DNA of 64,000 nt from Bacteroidota bacterium (GTDB lineage Bacteria; Bacteroidota; Bacteroidia; Bacteroidales; WCHB1-69), in NCBI GenBank assembly GCA_009787115.1, contig WRGQ01000170.1, positions 21,640 through 85,639 of the forward strand, read 5' to 3'. A program made the position numbers and the translations under genes. Below the pieces are notes generated by a model, which made no database searches, had not been told where the DNA came from, and worked only from the letters and a program-made list of their open reading frames with translations. Positions 20,037 through 28,924 of the stretch are shown here, one piece after another. Each line of letters opens with the position of its first letter. The stretch's first letter is position 1.

Positions 20037-20816
20037 TTATAAATGTGTATTATAATCAAGTATAAGTGAATCTTCTAATTTGAAAGGTTTTTTGTAATCT
20101 TTAATTCGATAGTCGTAGTGGTGTTCAACAGGGAGAAACCATTGACAGATAAAGTCGAAACACGGTTTCATCTCTTTATCCATATTCAGGTATTCCTCTT
20201 TCTTTAAGCCTTCAATATGAATTATAAACAGAGAAAAGAGCGGTTCTGTTTTTTTGACTTCAATTTTAGCAGCAGAAAATATATCTTTCAGTATATCAAT
20301 TAAAAGAGGAATATTTCCTCGCATTTGATTAGCGAAGGGGAGGAGTTCTATAATTTTAGCTAAGTATTTATTAGTGGTTTCTTTTTCAGGGATATCCAAA
20401 AAAGAGTCTATTAGCGGATTATTACCGGTTTTTGCAAAGTCATTAAGAAGATGTTCAAATTCAAGAGTCAGTTTAAAGAATGCGGTATCGAAAGGTTGGA
20501 AAAATGATAATGCTTCTTTTTGCTGTCTTTTTAGTTCTCGGAGTTCTTTATCGAACTCAAAATGAGATTTTTTATTACCGCTTAACAGGTTTTCCTTAAA
20601 AAAGAGCCCTTGGGGGAGAAGGTGAAAAATACCATCGCGGGCAAGCGCTATTGTTGTTCTATCTATTTCATTATCAACAGACAGTAAGTCTTCCGAATAA
20701 TTTCGGGAGAAAATACCTTTCATTTTAACGAAAAGATCTTCGTGAACGTTCAATAGCGAAACTAAAGTTTCCGCTTTGATACCTTTTATTTCCGATATTT
20801 CATTGATATTGTTCAC
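20037..20816 (-). CDS. tssG: TssG-like baseplate protein
   Basis: 259 aa. 'GIFHLLPQGLFF', 'ALSFFQPFDTAFFKL', 'LLPFANQMRGNIPLLIDILKDIFSAAKIEVKK' and the C-terminal 'LILDYNTHL' follow the order of TssG conserved blocks. Its GTG start overlaps the E1 stop (GTGA). Confidence 0.5.
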   Translation of the reverse strand: MNNINEISEIKGIKAETLVSLLNVHEDLFVKMKGIFSRNYSEDLLSVDNEIDRTTIALARDGIFHLLPQGLFFKENLLSGNKKSHFEFDKELRELKRQQKEALSFFQPFDTAFFKLTLEFEHLLNDFAKTGNNPLIDSFLDIPEKETTNKYLAKIIELLPFANQMRGNIPLLIDILKDIFSAAKIEVKKTEPLFSLFIIHIEGLKKEEYLNMDKEMKPCFDFICQWFLPVEHHYDYRIKDYKKPFKLEDSLILDYNTHL

Positions 20817-22045
20817 GCTTCAAACAGATTTTCAAAATGTTTAATATCGGCAGTTAATTCTACATAAGCATACCCGTTTTCAGTAGTAACCTGCAAAACA
20901 TCAAGATATGGGATTCCAATCTGCCGGAAGGTCATATCAAGGTATGGAAACTCTTCATCAATATTTTCATACGAGTGTTGGTAAAGTCCGCCGTCTGATA
21001 TAGAAAGATATACCATCTCCTGAGAAGCATCAATAAAGTTTGGAATTTTAGATTCGGGCATCATCGCTACAAACTTTTTATTGTCGGTACGTGAAGAGAG
21101 GAAATCCACAAATTTATCGTTTCGCAGGTTAATATCCACCTGTTCAACTTTTAACGTTTCCTTAATTATTTGTATTGCATCTCCAATTTTAGTATCTGCA
21201 CTTAGTGTTGGAATTTCAACGATGTTACCCCAAAATTCGTGCGAAATACAATCATTGTTATAATAACTGAATTCAAAAGTTCCGGCTTGGGAGTTTTTGC
21301 CTTGATAATTGAACATTATCCCGATGAGCGTATCAAAGATGCCTGCTTCTACTTCTTCCGAATGAATAATTTTCATCACTTCCTGTGCCTGTATGGCGCC
21401 AATAATAGAAGCGCTCACAGGGGTAGTGGCAACACGTCCGCGTTCGGCATTTCCCTGAGCAATTTGAGGACAGGAGGTTCTGTTTTCGTGACTGTTTCCG
21501 GTGTCGTCTGCAACCTCCTCTTCCGCAACACGGCATTCGTAACAGTTTTTACCCAATTGATAGGCGGTAACTTGTCCTTCCAAATCTCCGATTCCTCCTT
21601 CAATCCAGATTTTTCCGGCGCGAAAGCACATACGATTTAGCAATGTACGCGCTTTCAGACTGTCCAAACAGCCCACTACCACATCCATACGGCGATACAC
21701 GCCCAATCCGACGGCAGTAGAGAGGTCGCCGCAAATAGCCTTTACATTTATAGTTGGATTAATCTCTAACAGACGTTTGGCAGCAATTTCGGCTTTGTAG
21801 AATCCTTTATCCGCATCTTCCGGGCGGAACAGGATAGAACGTGTAAGGTTGCTAAATTCAATCTGGTCGAAGTCCACCACTACAATATTGCCTACTCCGA
21901 AGAGGGCTAAATTTTTCAATACTTCATTGCCCAAAGCGCCGGCGCCAACCACCAGCACTTTTGCATTTTTTACTTTGTCGATTTTAAACCACGAGAGCAA
22001 AGGAAAAACATCTTCACCCCATTTTTTATTCTTATTTGTTTGCAT
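20813..22045 (-). CDS. ubiquitin-activating-enzyme-like (E1, ThiF/MoeB superfamily) adenylating enzyme
   Basis: Rossmann Gly loop 'VLVVGAGALGNEVLKNLALFGVGNIVVVDFDQIEFSNLTRS'. 'CYEC' zinc dyad. A crossover-loop Cys ('RTSCPQIA') is followed by 'ATTPVSASIIGAIQAQEVMKII'. An extra C-terminal region of about 180 aa is a possible UFD-like domain. Confidence 0.85.
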   Translation of the reverse strand: MQTNKNKKWGEDVFPLLSWFKIDKVKNAKVLVVGAGALGNEVLKNLALFGVGNIVVVDFDQIEFSNLTRSILFRPEDADKGFYKAEIAAKRLLEINPTINVKAICGDLSTAVGLGVYRRMDVVVGCLDSLKARTLLNRMCFRAGKIWIEGGIGDLEGQVTAYQLGKNCYECRVAEEEVADDTGNSHENRTSCPQIAQGNAERGRVATTPVSASIIGAIQAQEVMKIIHSEEVEAGIFDTLIGIMFNYQGKNSQAGTFEFSYYNNDCISHEFWGNIVEIPTLSADTKIGDAIQIIKETLKVEQVDINLRNDKFVDFLSSRTDNKKFVAMMPESKIPNFIDASQEMVYLSISDGGLYQHSYENIDEEFPYLDMTFRQIGIPYLDVLQVTTENGYAYVELTADIKHFENLFEA

Positions 22046-22060
22046 TTGGATAATCTTTAA

Positions 22061-24472
22061 TTACTTTTCAATATATTGGAATTTCGTATTACCGATAGTA
22101 AATTTCATACCGTGCTTCAAAGGAATGAGGTCGTCTTTATGGGCTTCTCTACCATCGCATACCACTCCGTTTTCAAGCGCTTTCATCATAGGCACTCTTC
22201 TTTTGGGGTCTATGTAGAGTTTTACTTGTTTGTCGTGAATATTTTCGTTGCTGTCCCAATTCATTTGAATAACACAGTGGTTGGATTTACCAATAGTTAC
22301 TTCGTTACTACCGCCCGAATCGTTCATCCATTTATGAATAGCAATTTCTCCATCTCTTTTTTCGCCTTTATATTTTAAGAAATATTTTTGAGCGAGGTGG
22401 TGTCGGGCGATAATAGAGATACCTAATCCGGCGCTGCATAGCATAAAACTGAACATCACGCCGAAATCAGAAAAATAAGAAGTAGTATAGAGAATAACAA
22501 AACTGATTACTCCTGAAATAAGCCCGCCTATTAAAGCATCCTGCCATTTGATAGTGCTTTTAAAGGCTAAACAAAGCGCCACACTACCTCCGAACAGGAT
22601 CCACGGAATGGCATCTAACCACCATACATTACCGGCTTTTCCCAACAAAATACAAATCATAGAACCCAATAAGAAAGTTGTAAATCCTACGAGAGCTCCA
22701 AACAAAGCACGACTGAAAAATGAAAAGAGCACTTTTCCTCTTTTTTGTCGGAAGTCGTTGATATAACTGAACAGAAAAGTTAAAACAAACCCCAGCAAAA
22801 TACCTGCAAATAAAAGTCCTGTTATTTTTACACGAAAAGTATCGTAAACATTGTGTGGAATTGCAGTAGCGCCTTCAATCACCTCTTTAAATTTTGCAGG
22901 ATAGAAGGCATTTACCAAAGTTTTGATGAACCCGGCGAATATTTCCCATTTAGAACTTATTTTGAAAATAATCCAAATAAAGAATCCGCTAATCATACCC
23001 GACATTGCCCATTTCAAGTAGTAAGGACTTTTTTTCAAATCAAACGGATGTCTTTTATCGAAATGATATTGAATCCCATCTTTACAATTTTGTCCATATT
23101 CCACGCATTTGTAACCGTTTTCTTTCCAGCAGTCCCAATGGATTTTATGGGGACATTTCACTACTATCAACTCTCCTCTTTCTAAAGGTTCTTGACAATA
23201 GGAACAGGTTTCATACACTTCCCCTTCGCTGGTATTAATAGGTTCATAAGGTTTAACATATTTCTTTTCAAAGTTATTGGTACGGGAAATAATGAAAGGA
23301 ATGATTACCTGCATTATAAAAAATGCAATAAAAAGAATGATAACTCCAAATATAACAGCTATGTAAGTACTCTCGGATGTTTTGCCGGGACCTTTGGGGT
23401 TTTCTTTACTGGCAATAGCATAATCAATTTTACCGACTGCCTTTCCATTTTCTTCGTCAATGCCTACTTGTAAGGTAAATGTTTTTCCATTATAGGTTCT
23501 GTTTTTGTTATGATTCACAAGTATCAATTCATAATCAGCGGAGAGATTATTTACAAAACCACGAAGAGAATCAACAATACCGTTTACATTAGTGGCAGGA
23601 TAGAAACCTCCTCTCAAGTCTGCATACTGACGTTGCAAACAGATATTGTCCAGCACTTTATCTACAAGACTGCTGCCGTTGCCATATCTGAAGGCATGGA
23701 TTTGTACCTGATTTTTAATGGTATTATCTATATTTTTAATATACTCATCCGATTTATCCAGATTATCAATTTCCGTAAACGAATTAAGGTTAATATTTCC
23801 ATCGGTAAAAACAAGTAAATACTTGGATATCGGCTCGGTACTTTTCTTTTGCATAGATGTATCTTTGGCAAATTTTTCAAAATTATCCATAATACTCTGA
23901 TACAAATCTCGCGGTTCCAGTTTTACTCTAAACTCTTTTTCAAATTCGTAGAAATTATATTTGGTAATCAGTTGTTTTTCGCCGGTTCGTCTGTCAAAGA
24001 AAGAGATGTAGGCGCAACTGTCCGGCAAATTTTCTACTGTTTTTTGTATGGCAGCCTTCATACTTTTCATATCTTCGTCGGAAATAGTTCTTCCTCTGTC
24101 CACCATAAACCAAAAAGCAACATTCTGAGAGATGAGTTCGGCTCCGGTGGCTCCCGATTTTTGGGAGATTCTTTCAACAATGATATCCTTTTTAGGCCAT
24201 GCGTAATCACCTTCAATAATGGTAAATTTGTTATTTTCCAGATTAGACCAGATTACTTTTTTGTTAGAATTATTATCGGTAATTCTAAAGCGCAGGAATA
24301 GGGTGTCTGCTTTTTCCGACCACGCACGTTTTGCAAAGTGCATATTAACAGTGTATTCTGCATCTTTCCATTTCTCCTGACGGATTAAATCATTTTTGGT
24401 GTCCACTTTTTGGTTTTGGCATGCCATAAGAAGGAACAACGGCATCAATAGGAACAGGTATCTTTTTTTCAT
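22061..24472 (-). CDS. polytopic membrane protein: lipoprotein signal + vWA-like domain + RING-H2-like zinc finger + 6 TM + C-terminal FHA domain (E3 candidate)
   Basis: Lipobox 'LLMAC'. vWA blocks 'FWFMVDRGRTISDEDMKSMKAAI', 'YLLVFTDGNIN', 'VQIHAFRYGNGS'. TM at aa 370-396. Finger 'CSYCQEPLERGELIVVKCPHKIHWDCWKENGYKCVEYGQNC' (nt 23084-23206). About six further TM helices. FHA 'VTIGKSNHCVIQMNWDSNENIHDKQVKLY...LKHGMKFTIGNTKFQY' (nt 22064-22360). Confidence 0.75.
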   Translation of the reverse strand: MKKRYLFLLMPLFLLMACQNQKVDTKNDLIRQEKWKDAEYTVNMHFAKRAWSEKADTLFLRFRITDNNSNKKVIWSNLENNKFTIIEGDYAWPKKDIIVERISQKSGATGAELISQNVAFWFMVDRGRTISDEDMKSMKAAIQKTVENLPDSCAYISFFDRRTGEKQLITKYNFYEFEKEFRVKLEPRDLYQSIMDNFEKFAKDTSMQKKSTEPISKYLLVFTDGNINLNSFTEIDNLDKSDEYIKNIDNTIKNQVQIHAFRYGNGSSLVDKVLDNICLQRQYADLRGGFYPATNVNGIVDSLRGFVNNLSADYELILVNHNKNRTYNGKTFTLQVGIDEENGKAVGKIDYAIASKENPKGPGKTSESTYIAVIFGVIILFIAFFIMQVIIPFIISRTNNFEKKYVKPYEPINTSEGEVYETCSYCQEPLERGELIVVKCPHKIHWDCWKENGYKCVEYGQNCKDGIQYHFDKRHPFDLKKSPYYLKWAMSGMISGFFIWIIFKISSKWEIFAGFIKTLVNAFYPAKFKEVIEGATAIPHNVYDTFRVKITGLLFAGILLGFVLTFLFSYINDFRQKRGKVLFSFFSRALFGALVGFTTFLLGSMICILLGKAGNVWWLDAIPWILFGGSVALCLAFKSTIKWQDALIGGLISGVISFVILYTTSYFSDFGVMFSFMLCSAGLGISIIARHHLAQKYFLKYKGEKRDGEIAIHKWMNDSGGSNEVTIGKSNHCVIQMNWDSNENIHDKQVKLYIDPKRRVPMMKALENGVVCDGREAHKDDLIPLKHGMKFTIGNTKFQYIEK

Positions 24473-24502
24473 TGGAATATAAATTATAATTGGTTAATAA
24501 TA

Positions 24503-24955
24503 TTAGCCCACAAAAGTATTAAAAAATTTAGGATCATTCGTACAATTTGGTTGAAAATTAAACATAAATGCCGGATCAACATCTTCAAAGTAACCTGTTT
24601 CATAAAAAAAATTACTTGCCACAATTGAATTTTCAAACACAGAATTTCGAATAGATAAAATATACCATAATGGCATGTAAGGAACCTCTTTAATAATCTG
24701 TATATACAGTTGTTCAGCTATGTTTCTTAATAATGCAGTATCATTTCTTGCTTTCAATTTTAGATAAAAAATATCAGATGTTCCAATGGGCGGAGCATCT
24801 CCACGCTCAAAAAAAGGATAAACATTATTGCTATCTAAAGATAAACTGATAGGTTCACCTTTGTAGTAATAAAAATATTCTTCTACAATATTTTGCGTTT
24901 GTGCCCAAGTACTGAATAAAAGAAAAACTAAAAATAAAACTGTTTTTTGTTTCAT
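24503..24955 (-). CDS. hypothetical secreted protein
   Basis: The best start is 'MKQKTVLFLVFLLFSTWAQTQ' (signal peptide) at 24955. The track's longer N-terminus would overlap the upstream gene. I recognised no family with confidence. Confidence 0.5.
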   Translation of the reverse strand: MKQKTVLFLVFLLFSTWAQTQNIVEEYFYYYKGEPISLSLDSNNVYPFFERGDAPPIGTSDIFYLKLKARNDTALLRNIAEQLYIQIIKEVPYMPLWYILSIRNSVFENSIVASNFFYETGYFEDVDPAFMFNFQPNCTNDPKFFNTFVG

Positions 24956-24960
24956 AACGT

Positions 24961-25668
24961 TTAGTAGATATGTACATTTAAAGAAACAACAGCATTTGCA
25001 GGAAGTTTGGCTACCAATATTTTTCCAATCCATGGGGTTAATGCAGTTGTCCCCTTTCCTAATAATTCAACATCAAAATTATAAGTTTTTTCTCCTGTTT
25101 TTGTCAATTGTGTGTTAATATAATATACTCCGTAATCATTAACGCCCGTTGCCCACAGTAAAGTATATTTTGAAAAATCAACTTTTGGGTAAATGCCTTC
25201 CGCACATTTAATATTTTGTTCCAATTCTTCGCTGCTATTAATTAGAATTAGTCTTGGAAAATAATAACTTAAAGGCGCCCATTGGCATAGCGTATTAGAT
25301 AAAGTATATGTAAACCAACTATTTTTGGTTACTAATCTCCATTGCTGCAGGTCATTTGGTCCGCTATCATTCTTTACGTTTACCTCTAAAATGTTTCCAA
25401 TGCTTTCTTTTACAATTAAATATTTACTGTCCGTTTCATCAGTAATATTTACATAATATACCCGGCACGGGTAATCCAATTCTATTGTTTCGCCGGTAGC
25501 GGTGGTAATTTCAAAACCAGTTTGCACATCCGCTTTGGCATAAAGAGTAAAATTGCTTGTTTCATTGCTCATGCGTTCCATCACAATTTGGTTTGCCTAT
25601 TCTTGGGTAATTTGCGCGTGCAAAGAGGCAGTACAACAGAAAAAAATAAAAAGGGTAAATTTTTTCAT
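24961..25668 (-). pseudogene. secreted-protein paralogue of 46828-47097, interrupted by an in-frame TAG just after its signal peptide
   Basis: ATG at 25666-25668 encodes 'MKKFTLFIFFCCTASLHAQITQE', then TAG (25597-25599). The same frame then continues 'ANQIVMERMSNE...' to 24961. The paralogue reads 'ITKEQANAIV' at the equivalent position. Confidence 0.55.
25608..25654. repeat. 47-bp signal-peptide cassette, copy 1 (45/47 identical to 47031-47077)
   Basis: 'taatttgcgcgtgcaaagaggcagTacaacaGaaaaaaataaaaagg' versus 'taatttgcgcgtgcaaagaggcagCacaacaTaaaaaaataaaaagg'. Confidence 0.85.
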
Positions 25669-25715
25669 TATTTATAGAGATTTAATATTGGTGCAAAAGC
25701 AATAAAATGGCGCGA

Positions 25716-28217
25716 CTACCTTTTCCTTCTTGTCCACTCTTTCAAGGTCATAGCGAAGATGAATGTTATTTTATCTAAAGTAGCCGGATAGTTACCCTGT
25801 TCATCTTTAATGAGAATATAGAGATTTCGATTTTCAAAAGAATAAAAGATTGAGAAACTGAAACCGGAAATCACTTGCCGATACTCGTTTACTGTTTCGG
25901 GTACGGAAAATTGTGGCACGGTTAAGAAACCGCCTATCGGGTTGTTCTCTTTTGCAGTAACCTCTTTACAGTCATCAATAGTGATTTCGTTTCCTTGGCA
26001 GGCGCCATAAAAGTAGCCTTGCAAACCGAAGATACCCGGCATAATGATAGTATCCATATCAATAATAGCGGAGCCACTGAAATTGACCTTGCCGATATTA
26101 TTTGTCTTATTCAAAATATCGAGGGAAAAATAACTCACGTTAGTAGCGGCAGGCGCTTTTTCCTGTTGAGGACCGGGCAAACTTTTAGCCCACTGATACA
26201 GGGTTTCCAATGCCAGAGTTTGTTTCAGGTCTTTGTCATTATTCATACTTCCGTTTTGTTTCGGAGTAAAGAAAGCCATTTCAAAATCGGGAGAGTTACT
26301 GTCAATGACTATTGCCAGCAGGCGAGCCTGATGCTGACTGTGCGCCAGTTGTGACTGCACGTTCAAGTCCTGGCTTGACAAGAATAACCCTAATCCCGGG
26401 TGCGAGTGCATCCAGGCGGTATGTACGTATTCATTTCCTGTTTTTTGGCACAAATTTTCGAGTGCATAAGTAAGAGTAATACCAATTTTGGCGCCAAAAT
26501 TCAGATTATATTCGCCGTACACCGCATCATCGCCGGGCTCTACAAGTTCTTCAATACTGATGTCATACATCTGGTTTCCGCTATTGGGAACATAATCCCA
26601 ACGTCCTACTAAGAAACAACCGGTTTCGTTGGTTTTGTCGTCATATTTCAAAAATCCCGAAAAGAATTTATAAATATCCAGAATTGCTTTTCTACTGAAA
26701 TATACGCTTCTAATGCCTGTATCATTGAGCATAGAAAGCATATTCACTTCAAAATAGTCTGTACCTGCTTTTTCCCGTATGTTTCCCAAACCTGTTTTGT
26801 AGGATTTAATTTCAATAAAATCGTCATCATCTTCTATCAGCAGTCCGCCCATATCGGATTGTCTTTTTTGTTTTTCTTTTTTTTCAAGCCTTTTGTTTTT
26901 CAGGATGGTTATCACATAAAAAAGGATTCCGAAAATAAACAATAACAATAATACGCCGGTAACCGACAGCATCAAATATGGAATTTGAATTTCTGCGAGC
27001 CTTTCATAACAATACTGAATATCTTTATATTCAACAGGAATTTCATTAGCCAAATCTGCTATGGCTGCTCTGTCATTTTCGTCAGGGTATTGTTTTTGTT
27101 TTTGTGCAATAAAATTTTTACTGCTTGTATTAATTTGATCGTACCGTTTTTTAATTTTATCCAATTGGGATTTGATAGCCTCTTTTCCAATCCATCCTGT
27201 AGTAGAGTGTTGAAGACGTTCTTCAATTTCTGCTTTAATACCCCCTAAAATTTCAAAATCATCTTCCATTACGGATTCGGCAGGTAAAACAGTACCTCTG
27301 TATTCTTTTTTCCAATTTAATACCACACTATCATCTACTCTCTTCAGGGCATTAACGATTCTTCTTTTCACATTGTCAATATTTGTTAACATCTTTTCGG
27401 AAGATAAAATCAAAATATCGCAATCTTCACATTTAACGTGGGTATCCCTTTTTCTATCCCATAAATCTTTTAAATATTCTTCAATATTTAGTGTTTGGTC
27501 GTTCAATTTATTTCTCAGGTCTTTTAGATTTTCTCTATCCCTGTCGCTTAGAGTTCCTTTTTGAAGCAAACTGTTACATTGATTAATCAATGCGGCGATT
27601 CTGTCTGTAAAAGGATTGATGACTATTTTTTTAACTTCTTTAGGAGTTTCCTGTTTTTTTGGTTCGCTTTGTTTGGGTGATTTTGGAGATTCCGGTTTTA
27701 CGGTGTTACTTGTCGTAGGATTAGTGGGTTCGCTTGGAGTGGGTTGGGAATTTTCAGTTCCCTGAAATTTCACGGGCGCTATAATCATTTTGCTGATTTT
27801 TTGCCCTTCTACAACATAACAGGTAAGGTAATCCTGTGTTTTCTTTATTTGCGTAATCTCTTTGGTTCGGGTATTTTTAGAGATATGGGTAGCATTTCCG
27901 GGTACCGCGTCAAACTCTAATCCACATTTCCTTATTTCTTTACCGATATTGGAATTGTCGGCAATGGTTAAGTTGGCATAGCCAATTTGATTGTCTTTTA
28001 TTTTTACCAATGCGGGATCGTCGGTATGAAACAGAATAATTTCCTTACCGGTATTATTTTCGACCGTTATTGAATGTTTAGCTTTATCATAAGTTGCTGT
28101 TACTTCCTGTCCTGAAGTGTTGGGAAGGCTTATGGCACAAAAAACAACCATCCACAAAAATGCCCAAATCTTTACAAAGAGCGTTTGTCTATTTATCATT
28201 TTAATTCGTTTATTCAT
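25716..28217 (-). CDS. membrane-anchored JAB/MPN (JAMM) metalloisopeptidase with large periplasmic N-terminal region
   Basis: Signal peptide, a P/S/T/K-rich linker, coiled-coil segments, and a TM 'YLMLSVTGVLLLLFIFGILFYVITIL' followed by KNKRLEKKEKQKRQ. The JAMM motif is exact: E531 ('NETGCFLVGRW') plus 'HSHPGLGLFLSSQD' (HxHx7Sx2D; the H604 codon is at 26406-26408). Its ATG overlaps the upstream stop (ATGA). Confidence 0.85.
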   Translation of the reverse strand: MNKRIKMINRQTLFVKIWAFLWMVVFCAISLPNTSGQEVTATYDKAKHSITVENNTGKEIILFHTDDPALVKIKDNQIGYANLTIADNSNIGKEIRKCGLEFDAVPGNATHISKNTRTKEITQIKKTQDYLTCYVVEGQKISKMIIAPVKFQGTENSQPTPSEPTNPTTSNTVKPESPKSPKQSEPKKQETPKEVKKIVINPFTDRIAALINQCNSLLQKGTLSDRDRENLKDLRNKLNDQTLNIEEYLKDLWDRKRDTHVKCEDCDILILSSEKMLTNIDNVKRRIVNALKRVDDSVVLNWKKEYRGTVLPAESVMEDDFEILGGIKAEIEERLQHSTTGWIGKEAIKSQLDKIKKRYDQINTSSKNFIAQKQKQYPDENDRAAIADLANEIPVEYKDIQYCYERLAEIQIPYLMLSVTGVLLLLFIFGILFYVITILKNKRLEKKEKQKRQSDMGGLLIEDDDDFIEIKSYKTGLGNIREKAGTDYFEVNMLSMLNDTGIRSVYFSRKAILDIYKFFSGFLKYDDKTNETGCFLVGRWDYVPNSGNQMYDISIEELVEPGDDAVYGEYNLNFGAKIGITLTYALENLCQKTGNEYVHTAWMHSHPGLGLFLSSQDLNVQSQLAHSQHQARLLAIVIDSNSPDFEMAFFTPKQNGSMNNDKDLKQTLALETLYQWAKSLPGPQQEKAPAATNVSYFSLDILNKTNNIGKVNFSGSAIIDMDTIIMPGIFGLQGYFYGACQGNEITIDDCKEVTAKENNPIGGFLTVPQFSVPETVNEYRQVISGFSFSIFYSFENRNLYILIKDEQGNYPATLDKITFIFAMTLKEWTRRKR

Positions 28218-28918
28218 AATTGTGATGCATTTAATGTAACAATATTGCTGTCGTCGGATAAAAGTCTTTGTTTTTCGGCTTCTTCCTTTTGCAGTTTGGC
28301 TTGTAGTTCCTGCATTTTCTTGGCTTTTTTCACCATAGTGCTGGCTTTAATTTGATTAAATATAGGAATACCCACCATAACCACCACTAAAATAATACCC
28401 AGATACACAAATTTGTTTTGCGAAGAGCCTGAACCTTTTGTCTCTTTCAGTTGATTAAGTTTAGTTAATTCCCGTTCGCATGCAAAATCAAATTGATTGC
28501 GCAGTTCATCCAATTCATCATTGGCTTGCCACAACCCGTTGGTCTCTTTCCGATTCAAAAAATCTTTTTTTAAGTTATTGACCTGAAGAATAAAATTCTC
28601 AATCTCTTCTTTCTTAATTTTACCTGATTCTTTTTGTTGAATAGCCTCAGCAATTTGTTGGATCTCTCCGTTTTTTCCAGACAGATAGTTTTTCCATTTG
28701 TCGTTAACTAACTGCAAGGAATCCTGCTTTGTTGCCGGCGCTTCTCCTTGTGATGTACTTTTAGGGATATCGTGATCTACCACCATGGTCACTCCGTTGG
28801 GTTGTTCATTGTTGGTATTTTTGTTTTCTTTTTCAAGCAGATCGTCAATATTTTGAGCCCACGTGACAAAAATGGCTACTTTAAATATTACGATAAGCAA
28901 TAAACATTTTATTTTCAT
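28214..28918 (-). CDS. bitopic envelope protein (signal peptide, coiled coil, C-proximal TM)
   Basis: Signal 'MKIKCLLLIVIFKVAIFVTWAQ', TM 'FVYLGIILVVVMVGIPIF', and a K/E-rich tail. It may be a T6SS-iii membrane-complex subunit, but I cannot assign it by eye. Confidence 0.5.
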   Translation of the reverse strand: MKIKCLLLIVIFKVAIFVTWAQNIDDLLEKENKNTNNEQPNGVTMVVDHDIPKSTSQGEAPATKQDSLQLVNDKWKNYLSGKNGEIQQIAEAIQQKESGKIKKEEIENFILQVNNLKKDFLNRKETNGLWQANDELDELRNQFDFACERELTKLNQLKETKGSGSSQNKFVYLGIILVVVMVGIPIFNQIKASTMVKKAKKMQELQAKLQKEEAEKQRLLSDDSNIVTLNASQL

Positions 28919-28924
28919 AAGCTA

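Noticed and set aside
20813-22045. E1-like enzyme plus Ubl acting as a ThiS/MoaD-type sulfur-carrier pair
   Set aside because: The locus has no thiamine or molybdopterin biosynthesis genes. The presence of a UBC-fold E2 with HPN-Cys, a JAMM protease and a RING-like finger fits protein conjugation much better.
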